This document shows, one piece after another, positions 1 through 12,816 of a stretch of 64,000 nt of DNA; the first letter of the stretch is position 1; each line of letters opens with the position of its first letter. The notes under the pieces were generated by a model. It was given only the letters and a program-made list of their open reading frames with translations, was not told the origin of the DNA and ran no database searches. The position numbers were made by a program, and so were the translations under genes. Location: positions 360,158,001 to 360,222,000 of the forward strand of contig OZ024743.1 in assembly GCA_964016885.1 (NCBI GenBank). The letters run 5' to 3'. This DNA comes from Eledone cirrhosa (taxonomy: Eukaryota).

Positions 1-1415
1 ATTATGATAATAACATTTGCAGTATTTCACTTAAGCGAATAACATAAGCAACTCGTTTTGAATATAAAACATAGAAAAACGAGATAATATTGGATTCTTG
101 TACAGAGAAGAGATGGTTTCAAATAATAGATAGGCATGTCCATTAAATCATGGTCCGTAAAGATTTTGACGGGAAAGTATTTGCAATTTTCCTTATGATT
201 TCCTTCTTAAATTGCTTTGATTGTTGGGAGTAAAGATCTTAAAGTGTATTTAAAAATCTCACAATCAATATAGTGGTGGTTAACGGCTGACAGCTTTTTC
301 CAAGTTACTGACGATATTGATTAAATGTCAACCGTAGATAAAAGAACTACAGACAAACCTCTATACATCCAGGAAATATTTCTCTCCAACTGTTGCCCTG
401 GAGTGCAAACCTTTATATTTGACTAGGTTTTGAAGACTACTGTCTATAATTAACTATAGCACACTAAAACATACGATATTTGATTTCTCCAACTGAATTT
501 GTTCTATCTATTCTTTAGGCTGTGTGTATCGAACAATAAAATTTCAATCGAAATCTACTTGGAAGTAAGAATATGGCTTGAGTCGAGAGAAGATATAAAT
601 AACTGTTACTGCAAAAAAGAATGTCAAATGATAACATTTTGAAAGTTGAAAAGGAACATAGAGTATTGTATACTACACTTATTGCTACATATAAGGAATA
701 CAAAGTACATAGAACTTTTTTTTCCGTCACAAAAGAAATGCTATTCATGTTCTTTTAAGAAATAGTTTGTTTTTTCTAGTTATAAACAAAGTTCTGCACA
801 TCATTCCCAACGTATGATGCAACATTAATACATTCCATTGTGATATAAGTTTTCTATCATTTCGATTTCACTTTCTAGAAATACAGCTATACCAATACAT
901 CTCCATCTGAATAACTTTATAAATATAGATGACAAACTCTCTTTCAGATGAGAAAGACTACCTTTCAGATTATTTAATTAGATCTATTTTATGATAACAG
1001 CATCACTCTCAAATTCGACATTTAGGTTGTTAACTGTATCCAATATCATTTCAGAAATATCTTAATAGTTGTTCATAGAACAATTATAGACCATTGACAT
1101 TGTAACTTTACAAGTTGCTGAATAATCATATTTCACCATTAAAATGATCATTACTGTAACTGAAACTATTATTTACAGAAGCACAAGAAAATGAACACAT
1201 GTCATTTTAGCGATAATTGTGTGCGGATACATGCGTTGCGTAGGTTCAGTATGTGCGTGCGTGTTCTTTTGTGTACGTGCTTCATTTTGCATACCCATGG
1301 CGGGTGTTTTCGCGTATGCATGTGTATGTACGTATATCGATGCGTGCATGTTTATATTTAATTTTTAAAAATCATTGCCCTTACTATTGGGAGAAACCTT
1401 GTATATATATATATG

Positions 1416-1700
1416 CTACTGGCAACATGTATCCCAGTACAACCTGTCTCATGGTCGGGTCGTTGGCGACTAAACTGGCAACCCCACCAAGGTTTCTTGG
1501 TGAGGAGGGTGACTTTGAACATCCTGCAGGACTAAAAACAAAACCTGTCAAAGGGCAAAGGAGCTCTTAAGAGTTAATGGCCATCCAAAATCACCGGGAA
1601 AGATGACCCCTTAGCCTTTGTCAAGGCAGAATTCTAGGAGAAGGAAAACTTTGATATTACACCTGCAACCCTGATGGCATCCAATGATGTTGACTTGTTC
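1416..1700 (+). mobile_element. Probable RTE-clade LINE 5' UTR fragment
   Basis: GC-richer island following (TA)n, containing 'ctaggagaaggaaaact..gat.t.acacctg', which resembles RTE 5' regions. Recognised from memory only; no ORF. Confidence 0.3.
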
Positions 1701-2001
1701 TTCTTTTTGTTAAATATCATCTTGGTTAAGAGAGTGGGACTGGCTTTGTGCAGTGCCTTTGCTCACTATAAAAGCTTCACGGCACAGGCATTGCTTTATG
1801 TCTGGAAATCTCTCTGCACTTGTCATCACATGGTACCATGGGCCCAGCACTATGTGTCAATTATTGTCACAAGTGTACTGTTTGTACCAGAGTTTTCAAG
1901 TCGCTGGCTGGACTAAAAAGTCACAATCGTTCGCGCATCTGTAGGGGTTCTCCTACATGGATATAAAGTAGTGGCCGTACTCGAAAACAAGTTGGCAGCC
2001 A

Positions 2002-2084
<83 letters not shown>

Positions 2085-2087
<3 letters not shown>

Positions 2088-2519
2088 TGTTATACTTTGC
2101 GAGGGTCATGTTGCCAATAAGAAACACACGCACCAGTTGCTTTCACTTCAATTTATTATATATTTATAAATTTATAAATTTACAAATTTACAAACCTATA
2201 AATTTCTGGTTGGTTGGTTGGTTCCACAACCAGATAGTTGTTTATATATAGTCATAGTCCTTTCGTCATAGATAAATGAACACATCACACACAGACACCC
2301 GGATGTGGCGCATGCGCAAACTGAGCACACAACACACACACAGAAACAAAATGGCGTAGGATAGAAGAAAGGAAAGGCACAGAAACAAAGAAAGGAATCC
2401 CCAGTCACTGAAGAGGTCACAGAGTGTGTGACGAAAGGACTATGACTATATATAAACAACTATCTGGTTGTGGAACCAACCAACCAACCAGAAATTTATA
2501 GGTTTGTAAATTTGTAAAT
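2085..2519. mobile_element. Short PLE-derived fold-back element in (TA)n
   Basis: ~90-bp inverted arms (~2180-2268 and ~2429-2519) with a hammerhead motif in the right arm. The terminus 'attgttatactt.gcg.agggtcat' is shared with the elements at 17018, 46500 and 49686. Confidence 0.7.
2403..2447 (+). ncRNA. Type I hammerhead ribozyme motif (minimal stem III, extra nt before stem II)
   Basis: agtca-CTGAAGA-g-GTCACA(gagtg)TGTGAC-GAAA-ggac-TA-tgact; stems I and II pair perfectly. Confidence 0.7.
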
Positions 2520-2802
<283 letters not shown>

Positions 2803-2834
2803 AGATCAAAAGATGGTTAAAGGAGTTCAATATA

Positions 2835-2901
2835 TTTTATTATGCGCATTTCAAAAACAAACATCATCAAACAATAATATTTGTGTTTTCATCAGATAAA
2901 A
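2835..2901 (-). ncRNA. Type I hammerhead ribozyme motif (inverted copy of 5420-5486)
   Basis: Reverse complement of ttttat-CTGATGA-stem II-GAAA-TGCGCA-TA-ataaaa. Confidence 0.8.
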
Positions 2902-3666
2902 CAGGAGAACATGATATGAAGGCTAAAAAAACACTTGTTGATAGTGCAGTTTTAAATCAACATATGAAAAGTGGTTTTAGATTGATGTGTGATATTGGGA
3001 AAAATATTTTATTTAGAGAGGGGGGGAGAGAAAAGGATGAAAAGGGAAGGAGATGAGAGGGAGAGATGGGTGATAGAGAGAAAGAGATAGTTTTTATAAC
3101 TGAGAGGAGATATATTTTATATAGAGGGGTTGAAAACCGTTGGAAGATACTGTATAAATTAAAAATTTTGAAAATTAACGAAGGGAGGATATGTGCGAGG
3201 AAAAAATATATTATATTTAGGGAGGGGGGGGGTTGGAAAGGATGAAAAAAAGGGGAGGAGATGAGAGTGAAGGTGGAAAGGGAGAGATGGGTGATAGAGA
3301 GAAAGAGATAGTTTTTATAACTGAGAAAAAGATATAATGTTTTAATATAGAGAGGTTGGGAACCGTTGGAAGATAATGTATAAATTAAAGGAATTTGAAA
3401 ATTAACGAAGGGAAATTATGTATGAAGATAGAGAGAAAAAATAATAATTGTGGGTGAATATTCTAACGTCAAAAGAAGAAATGTAGGAATTTTAAAATTA
3501 GCAAAGAGAAAAAGTTTATGTGTAGAAGGATTTGAGAAAAATAATGTGAAGTTAAAGTTTGTATATTGAATTCATATGTATTAATAATGAGTTCGTTGAT
3601 GGGGAGAAAAAAATAATAATAAATTAAGGATGAAATTGAGATTAAAAAGATTTATGATAGAGAGAT

Positions 3667-4218
3667 TATGTTCATAATCCAACTCTAAATCAAGAAACTT
3701 TTATTCCTATTATTCCTATCGCAAACAACTTCTCCAATCCAATTCTTTCTATAGATAACACTAGATCACTCATTAATAATCTCTCTAATTGCAACTGCCG
3801 CATTAAAAATAAATGTCCTCTCAACAACCATTGCCTCGATAAAAACTTAATTTATGAATGTAAAATTATAACTAGCACCAATTCCTTCACCTATTTTGGC
3901 TCCACTTCCACCTCTTTTAAAGCTCGTCTCTATAATCATCATTCATCTTTCAAATACAAACTTAAAAGAACTAACACTGCTCTCTCAGAACTCATATGGT
4001 CCTTAAAAGACAAAAACATTAAATATAACATCTTTTGGAAAAAGATTTCTTCTGCATCCTCGTACTTGAACAGCTCTCTATCTAAAATCTGTAATCTCTG
4101 CCTAAATGAAAAATTTACCATTATCTCTAACCTAGAATCCATAATAAATAGACGCTCGGATTTGTTTTCCATCTGCCTGCATAAATTCCATAGAACTTTT
4201 CACAAAGTATACAGTTAA
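3667..4218 (+). CDS. Partial ORF without start codon: C-terminal GIY-YIG endonuclease of a Naiad-type PLE
   Basis: Hand translation gives CNCRIKNKCPLNNHCLDKNLIYECK...TYFGSTSTSFKARLYNHHSSF...CNLCLNEKFTI...INRRSDLFSICLH...*. It is uninterrupted and absent from the ORF track because it has no start. Confidence 0.88.
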   Translation, partial: YVHNPTLNQETFIPIIPIANNFSNPILSIDNTRSLINNLSNCNCRIKNKCPLNNHCLDKNLIYECKIITSTNSFTYFGSTSTSFKARLYNHHSSFKYKLKRTNTALSELIWSLKDKNIKYNIFWKKISSASSYLNSSLSKICNLCLNEKFTIISNLESIINRRSDLFSICLHKFHRTFHKVYS

Positions 4219-5419
4219 TATTCAATTCTTTATCAATTTAGAATCTTTTCTCAAAGGCACATATACATACACCTCTTTAAAATATACCCATCTACCTTAC
4301 TTTAAAGGGCATTATACACTCTATAATACTCGTTTATTCATTACCCTCATCCTATCTTCTCGTAAAACAATAACATTTGTTTTTGACATTTTGAATATTC
4401 ATCCGCAATCATTATTATTTTTTTTTCCCTCTATCATAAATCTTTTTAATCTCAATTTCATCCTTAATTTATTATTATATATTTTTTTAATATATACTCA
4501 TATATTCTTTAAAATATACCCATCTACCTTACTTTAAAGGGCATTATACACTCTATAATACTCGTTTACTCATCACCCTCATTCTATCTCCTCGTAAAAC
4601 AATAACATTTGTTTTTGACATTTTGAGTATTCATCCGCAATCATTATTATTTTTTCTCTCTATCATAAATCTTTTTAATCTCAATTTCATCCTTAATTTA
4701 TTATTATTTTTTTCTCCCCATCAACGAACTCATTATTAATACATATGAATTCAATATACAAACTTTAACTTCACATTATTTTTCTCAAATCCTTCTACAC
4801 ATAAACTTTTTCTCTTTGCTAATTTTAAAATTCCTACATTTCTTCTTTTGACGTTAGAATATTCACCCACAATTATTATTTTTTTCTCTCTATCTTCATA
4901 CATAATTTCCCTTCGTTAATTTTCAAATTCCTTTAATTTATACATTATCTTCCAACGGTTCCCAACCTCTCTATATTAAAACATTATATCTTTTTCTCAG
5001 TTATAAAAACTATCTCTTTCTCTCTATCACCCATCTCTCCCTTTCCACCTTCACTCTCATCTCCTCCCCTTTTTTTCATCCTTTCCACCCCCCCCCTCCC
5101 TAAATATAATATATTTTTTCCTCGCACATATCCTCCCTTCGTTAATTTTCAAAATTTTTAATTTATACAGTATCTTCCAACGGTTTTCAACCCCTCTATA
5201 TAAAATATATCTCCTCTCAGTTATAAAAACTATCTCTTTCTCTCTATCACCCATCTCTCCCTCTCATCTCCTTCCCTTTTCATCCTTTTCTCTCCCCCCC
5301 CACTCTAAATAAAATATTTTTCCCAATATCACACATCAATCTAAAACCACTTTTCATATGTTGATTTAAAACTGCACTATCAACAAGTGTTTTTTTAGCC
5401 TTCATATCATGTTCTCCTG

Positions 5420-5486
5420 TTTTATCTGATGAAAACACAAATATTATTGTTTGATGATGTTTGTTTTTGAAATGCGCATAATAAAA
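5420..5486 (+). ncRNA. Type I hammerhead ribozyme motif with palindromic stem III
   Basis: ttttat-CTGATGA-aaaca...tgttttt-GAAA-TGCGCA-TA-ataaaa. Confidence 0.8.
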
Positions 5487-5609
5487 TATATTGAACTCCT
5501 TTAACCATCTTTTGATCTTATATTATGCATACTCCAGTCCCACAAACTGTAGAGTGCTTCTTATCCGATATCTGCATTGCTTTATTGTACTACAATAAAA
5601 CTCACCTCC

Positions 5610-5644
<35 letters not shown>

Positions 5645-5649
<5 letters not shown>

Positions 5650-5812
5650 TATCTATCTAAGGCGGGTAAAATTCCCGAGATCCATGGACGAGTTCTCTCC
5701 AGCGGTCTCTGTCCCTCATTATCGCTGCCATATCCTGCATCTCCAACAGACCAGTGTCTGTCCTTAGGGCATCAACATATGTTAACCTTGGTCTTCCTCT
5801 TCTAGTGTGACA
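5645..5812 (-). mobile_element. RTE-clade LINE 3' end fragment
   Basis: RRGRPRLTYVDALRTDTG...MRDRDRWRELV C-terminal motif followed by a short (TAGA)n tail. Confidence 0.7.
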
Positions 5813-5865
5813 ATTGAAAGCTGTGGCAGGCAAGCCCACCCACGCTACCGAAGCAACGATATATA

Positions 5866-6260
5866 CTAGATCACGTTGGGTCACGTTCACCTGAAAATAT
5901 TTTTAAAAATCATGTTCACTTAAAATTAATTTTTAAATAATTAAAATATACACAGTCATGTATATAATGAGAAATAAAACGTGTATGTAACTATATACAA
6001 ATGTGTGTGTTTTTATATATATATTTATATGTATGTGTGTGTATATATATATGTGTGTGGGTGTCTGTGATCTATATGCACTGGTCATAGACACCCACAC
6101 GCACACATATATATATACACACACACTCACATATATACACAAAAACACCACTATCTCTTCCATTTGCCTTCTCTGTCTCCTCTCGTTCTCTCTATGTCTC
6201 TCTTTCAATCTACTCTGTCACAACCACTATCTCCTCCTCTCTCTCTTTCTCTCTCTTTGT
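5866..6260 (-). mobile_element. Non-autonomous Helitron-like fragment
   Basis: Ends in a decayed hairpin plus CTAG|T on the minus strand. Shares 'tatattttaattatttaaaaat' and 'cacagacaccc' blocks with the 7460-7738 copy. Confidence 0.45.
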
Positions 6261-6430
6261 TTATGAAGGTACCCGGAAAAACCCCATATCCCGGAAACCG
6301 TGCTCTGTTTTACGCGAAACTTGTTTTACTCGATTTGTATTCCATTTTCAATTCAAAGTATTTTCCCATTATGTGCCCTTTTGGCTATAATACATTACAG
6401 ACAAGGAAGCAAGCAAGCAATCGCAGAGTG

Positions 6431-6489
<59 letters not shown>

Positions 6490-7191
6490 ATATTTAGAAA
6501 CACACAGATACATGCGGACACACACATATACATGAATGCATCCACATCCAACCGTGAGTTAATGGTGCCAACCTTACCGATGTTGCTCAATGAATGACTG
6601 GGACAGACCAATCCGGTTGAACTAGACTGAAGCAGTATCAGAGTTAAAAATACATTATGAAGAGAGAAGAAACATTTAGATATAATTAGTAATAAAATGT
6701 ATCATACCTAAACTGCTCCTAGATTCCTCGACTACGTAGTTTCGTGGCATAAACAAAAACATATATTGTTCATAACTCCCTCTGGTCGAGTAATCTTTGA
6801 AGTGTGGTGACAGCTGGAAAGCTGCCATTACTCATACTTCTCGCCTCCTTTACCACCTCTTCTACGGCTTCCATATAAATACCCCCTCCGCCTCCGTGGT
6901 ATTTTCTTCGGGGTTATAAGAGGCTTAGCTCTGGTTCTCGACCGTTATATCGCGTGACTATCTCCCCCTCCGCCTTTTGGGATTCTTTCTCACGTCGTGT
7001 AGACGCGTTCTTGAAGCTAGTAAAATGAGGTATCCTCTTGATAAGTCGGCAGACCTCGCAAGGGCTCTATATCTTTATGATGTACTGTTTTTCTTTATGC
7101 CACGAAACTACGTAGTCGAGGAATCTAGGAGCAGTTTAGGTATGATACATTTTATTACTAATTATATCTAAATGTTTCTTCTCTCTTCATA

Positions 7192-7197
<6 letters not shown>
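6490..7197. mobile_element. PLE-derived fold-back element (second copy at 46110-46455)
   Basis: ~120-bp inverted arms (6650-6770 and 7085-7197), flanked by (TA)n, with a decayed hammerhead. Confidence 0.7.
7033..7122 (+). ncRNA. Decayed type I hammerhead motif
   Basis: tcctc-TTGATAA (2 changes from CTGATGA)-gtcggca...tgccac-GAAA-CTACGTAG-TC-gagga. Confidence 0.6.
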
Positions 7198-7264
<67 letters not shown>

Positions 7265-7459
7265 GATAATAATAATAATATAAGGAAACAAAGAATCAGT
7301 GTTGCATCATATTCATATTTAATTACATATTACATATTTCTCACTGTCGATCAGCTCGAGGAACGATCGATTTATGATCGATTCTGACTCTGGAATCGGA
7401 AGCTCCTCAAAGAAGCGAATACAGCATTACTGTATCCTGCTAAATAGAAAGGGTTTCTA

Positions 7460-7606
7460 AGGGTGTGTGTACATGTGTGTTTGTGTGTGTATGTATATAT
7501 ATATACATATGTGTGTCTGTCTTTGAGCGGTGTATATAGGTCACAGACACCCGCATATATATATATATACACACACGCACGCACACACATATATACATAT
7601 ATATGT

Positions 7607-7638
<32 letters not shown>

Positions 7639-7738
7639 GGTCCTTCCAATTTCATTGTATAGTATATGTGTATATTTTAATTATTTAAAAATCATTTTTT
7701 TTTAGTCAACGTGACACAACGGGTCACGGGTGGTCTAG
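7460..7738 (+). mobile_element. Non-autonomous Helitron-like fragment (3' end)
   Basis: Hairpin cgtgac-acaacgg-gtcacg followed 6 nt later by CTAG|T at 7735-7739. Confidence 0.55.
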
Positions 7739-7990
7739 TATGTAATTAAATATGTATCAGATATCAGATGACAAATTAAATTTAATTTCATTCGTCTTGA
7801 TTCGAGACAATTTCTCACGTGTTTATATTTATAGATTGAATGGCGATTATGGGGACCTATCAGGAAAGGGGACCTATCAGGAATGGGGACCTATCAGGAA
7901 GCAGACTCTTTAATAAGGCAGCTGGGGAAGACTGTGGGGATAAAGAGAACAAATTTGAAGTGGAAGATAGAAAAAGAAAATAAGAGAATT

Positions 7991-8062
<72 letters not shown>

Positions 8063-8870
8063 GAGAAGCTAGATATGTATTGGTGGTATTGATGTTAGTT
8101 ATTGTTTTTATTACAAGAATGTTGATTCAGGTATGCTGTGTGTCAGTTTGTGTCTAGTAACCTGCGATGTTTTCAGTATAGTCGTGTAGTGCGCACGCTT
8201 TTAATAGTCACAAAAGCCTCTACTGAGGATTATTACCAAAGATGCTGTCAAAAACATATGCCTGAGTATCTCCCACCTGTCACTAGACGAACAGTTATTT
8301 CATGAGCACTCACAGTACTACAAGGTGGCCCTAAAGCAAAGCGAATACAATAAGGTACCTCATCTCACGAACAGAGGACCTATATGGTGCCGCTGCAACC
8401 ATACATTCTTTAGCGCAACACTCTACACAATACTGGGGGCCAGTACACCAATAGCTAACATCTTTAAACTTCTTAAAACAAAACTCTACATCGGAGGATG
8501 CCTTCCATACAAGATTTAACTCGAGTAGACCATAAACAAATTGTTCACCAAGGAGTAACTACTTAAAAGTAAAAGTGGACCTGTTATTTCCTGTAAACAC
8601 AGGATATACAAAACGTACCTCATCTTCAAGCCCTTGCGCAACCTCGGAGTGTACGACTATTAACTACTACTAAATTTGCGCACAAACACATCCCTTTGCC
8701 ATATACGAACCATACCAACAACACATACTGGTTCCTAGGCACAAAATAGCACCTGTCTAACCTAACACAAACAAAACTGCTCGTACAACAACTTAGTCAA
8801 GACGACGGGAAAATAAACAATCATAATGCTATGACACTATCCATTAACCTTACCTTATGATTAATATAAC

Positions 8871-9058
8871 TATTTCTACTTTTGACACAAGGCCAGCAAT
8901 TATCCCAGTGTATTACTGGTGCTTTATTTTATCGACCCCGTAAGAATGAAAGGCAAAGTTAACCTTGGCGGGATTTGAACTCAGACCATAAAGGGCCGTA
9001 ACTCTTTGCTGCAAAACATGGCGTCCGACCCTCTATCGATACTGCCAATCCACCGCCA
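8871..9058 (-). mobile_element. tRNA-derived SINE, family A
   Basis: A-box-like TGGCAGTATCG, B box GAGTTCAAATCC and body 'gcctttcat.ctt.cggggtcgataaaataaag'. Five copies are present in the window. Confidence 0.85.
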
Positions 9059-11357
9059 TAACAAAGCCAAAATATTTTCTCCCGATTAGCATAAACATTC
9101 TGCCATACAGCTACACTTCTAGATTGAATTAGGCATATATTACGATAGGTGTTCATACACCATCAACACAATATCGCGTTACAGCTGCCATCTAATTTAC
9201 CTCAATGACGAAGATAGAATTTTATACGCACTGCCGAACATATATTACAAAGTACCACCCCATTATGTAACCCCTACATTGCTAAAACATTATCTATAGA
9301 GTAAGGTTTATACATAATAGGTATAACTACTTCACTAACAGACTACTCGACACCCACTCAACACACACTCACCAATAACACACACAAAGCAGACACACAA
9401 ACTGCCACAACGATAGGAGGTTTTATTGAATTTCGATCAATAGCAAACAGCAATCTACCAACCTAGATGTCTCCTGAGCAGAAACTAAAACAAATTATCA
9501 TACACACCTCACCCGCATTAAACGCCGTAAGGTGTAATTGGCCATAAAATATATGAAACAATTAAAATAGATGAAACATGAGATTAAAAAAATAATTAAC
9601 ACCAAGACCATCACTAATTACCTTGCAGACACTCCTCTATACCTTTCTCACTCTTTCTATGTCTATGTAGTCTTCTTTCATTTTCCCTTTTTCTCTTTTC
9701 TCTTTTGAACATTTTGAACTACTTAAGCCCCCCCCCCCCTAGTTTCTCCATTGTTTCATAACAGAATCTTGCTCCTGATAGGTCCCCATATTTGACAATC
9801 AAACTATAACCACGCCTCTAAAAGATACATTTGAAAGAAGCAGAATGAAAACAGATTTAGTACTTCATCTGCTATCGAAGCAGTAAAAGTTTAACGGTAG
9901 GACATAAATTCCTTATACATATATGTGTGTAAGTATGTATGTTTAAGTGTATGTGTGCGTCTTTGTACAAACACCCGCGTATTCACAAACACACTACACA
10001 CATATATATTTGTGTGCGCATGTTTGTATGGGTGTATGTATTTGTGTAGATGAATATATATATAACTGAGCGAGTTTGTTTGTGAGAAAGAGAAAGAGAA
10101 AAAATATATCAGTTGCACAGAATCTACGCTGTCGACATTTCCGTGAAGATAATCAGATATATTAATGTATTGTTTTGTGACAAACTACACATATAGTATA
10201 ATTATGATCTTCATAACGTAATCACCAGTGGAATAGGTTTCAGTTACTCTTTGAAATATGCATACATATTACTCGGAGAAATATATGAATGTTACAACTT
10301 CTTATTTCATCTCACCTAACATATATTCAGTCATCTTCTCTGTTTTAGAAGTACTTCTCCTTTGAAGGTTGACTATCGTGTTGTATATTTTTTCTGTTGC
10401 AAGCATTGGCAAAGACGAAGTAAATTGAAAGATATGGTATGCAAAACATAATGATTACTAACATAGAAAGATATAGTTCTGATAGATAATAATAATGAGC
10501 TAACTACATCAAACCCAATGATTTAAAATCTCAAAATAGCATTGATGACTGATTTAACATAGAACCGATACCCCTTTGATCATAAACATGGGTTTGTAAA
10601 ATAAAGAATCCTAGGTCATTACAAAGAGAGAATGTCACAGTTTGTTGAATTATAGGATGATTATTATCGTTAGCTCATTACACGTATCCTGACTTATGAA
10701 ATTATGGACACTTCTAACAGTTGCACTATGCCTTTTAATACTTGTAAGGCATGCATTCATCACATATACTTGTCGAGATAGCGTCAAAAGTATAAAACAG
10801 AAAATGTAGAACCATGCCGAATTATGTATGAACGGATTTACCTCAAGGTCATTATCGACAAAATAGCCACCGTTTACGAATAGAAAATTACATTCTTCTC
10901 TTTACCAGCACAAAATGTATATGATGTAAAAATTCCATCTGCTTTTCTATGTACGAAGTTTCATTAGCAAGCATTGAAAATTATCAGTATTTCATTTCAG
11001 ACAGGATTTTCAAAAATAAAGTAGGTAATTCACACTTAAAGATGGTTAAATCAAGAATTAACACGAGAAAAAGAAACCAAAATAAGTTTCAAATTGCTCA
11101 GCGCGACCTCAACACAAAAGTTAACACATGTATTTTCTCATTCATTTCATTAAACATCCAGATCATTTCGTCAGACCATCATTAAACAGTATGGTCGGTA
11201 TCAACTGGATTTAAGAACTTCTGATTATATTCATTTGCTCTCGAACAAGTCATACACTTTATGAACATTGTTAAGGCTTGTGCTTACTACGGTATTCCTA
11301 CATTAGTTCCTGGATCTAATGGTGTGATTTTATGTTATATATATATATGTGTGTGAA

Positions 11358-11500
11358 TGCGTGTGGCTGATTAGTCAGAGAACTGGATTCGCAATTGTGA
11401 GGTTGTCAGTTCCATTCCTGGATCAGACGATGCGTTATGTCCTTGAGCAAGACACTTTATTTCACGTTGCACATTCTACCTGGAGTTGCGACCGATAGAT
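11358..11500 (+). mobile_element. CORE-type tRNA-derived SINE, decayed
   Basis: tRNA-like head followed by the CORE-like 'tgtccttgagcaagacactttatttcac'. Confidence 0.7.
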
Positions 11501-11774
11501 AGTATTAGCAATTGGAAAGACCAACGGAAACATTGTTTCCTAGTCTATCGATATATATATATACACATATATATATATATGTATGTATATAGAAATATAT
11601 ATATATATATTTGTATATATATACATATATATATATAAATACATATATATATATTTTTATATACATACACATACATATATATATATATGTATACATGTAT
11701 ATATAATTGTAATCTGAGTTTTTGAAATATTAATAACATTCGATTCGTTTGCGGTAGAGCGATATTTTCTTTTT

Positions 11775-11866
<92 letters not shown>

Positions 11867-12169
11867 TACGGTAATACTAATTACTACAAGTGGTACTTAT
11901 TTCAGCACGCTATTCTTTTACGTGAATCTTATACTCAGTATTAATGGTGAGTATTAATACAGACATCTGATTCTTACTGCCACAAGATGCAGAGATATTG
12001 CAGTTTCAGTTCAACATATTTTATTTGCAATCCTGTTCTACAAATGACAAGTTCGAAACTATAATCGATTACATTGAGCTCCACTCACATCGATTCTGGA
12101 GACAACTTGAATATACCAGATCATGTGAGAAACACGCGTTACGCATGATTACGTTTAAAATATATCGAA

Positions 12170-12218
12170 ATGAAACTCCAAAATTTCTTTCTTAATATAT
12201 CATCATCATATCCCCCCC

Positions 12219-12294
<76 letters not shown>

Positions 12295-12380
12295 CATGTG
12301 TGTGTGTGTATGCATTGGGTAGTCACGTATGAAATTTGTAGAAGTCTGTGTTTTCGAGAAAGTTCTACAAATTTCATAGT

Positions 12381-12446
<66 letters not shown>

Positions 12447-12487
12447 ATGATGATGATATATTAAGAAAGAAATTTTGGAGTTTCATT
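12170..12487. repeat. Small nested fold-back with microsatellite-containing arms
   Basis: 41-bp inverted termini atgaaactccaaaatttctttcttaatatatcatcatcata, plus an inner 16-bp inverted pair tatgaaatttgtagaa/ttctacaaatttcata. Confidence 0.75.
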
Positions 12488-12816
12488 ATATATATATATA
12501 CTAGCAGTTTAGCCCGGCGTTGCTTGGGTTTGTTCATTTACTATGAAAGGTTACACACAGGCAAACGTAGCTTGAAAGCGCATAAGCTTATCAATTAAGT
12601 GCATAAAGCAGTTGAATCGGTTATTAATAGTTACGAACCAATTAGAATTTTGGACAATCAATGATGAGTTAATAATCTTCCAATAGTGAATTTAGTAGAC
12701 CAAAGTTGTAAGATCGTGGCCCTGATGCCGCTGGGTGTCAGATCTGTCCGCTATGGGTGACCCTACCAATTTTCCAGACGGCATAGCTCCAACAGCTCCA
12801 ACACCAGCACCAACAT

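Noticed and set aside
8871-9058. tRNA gene
   Set aside because: A/B boxes are present but there is no cloverleaf; it continues into a repeated body and tail in five copies, so it is a SINE.
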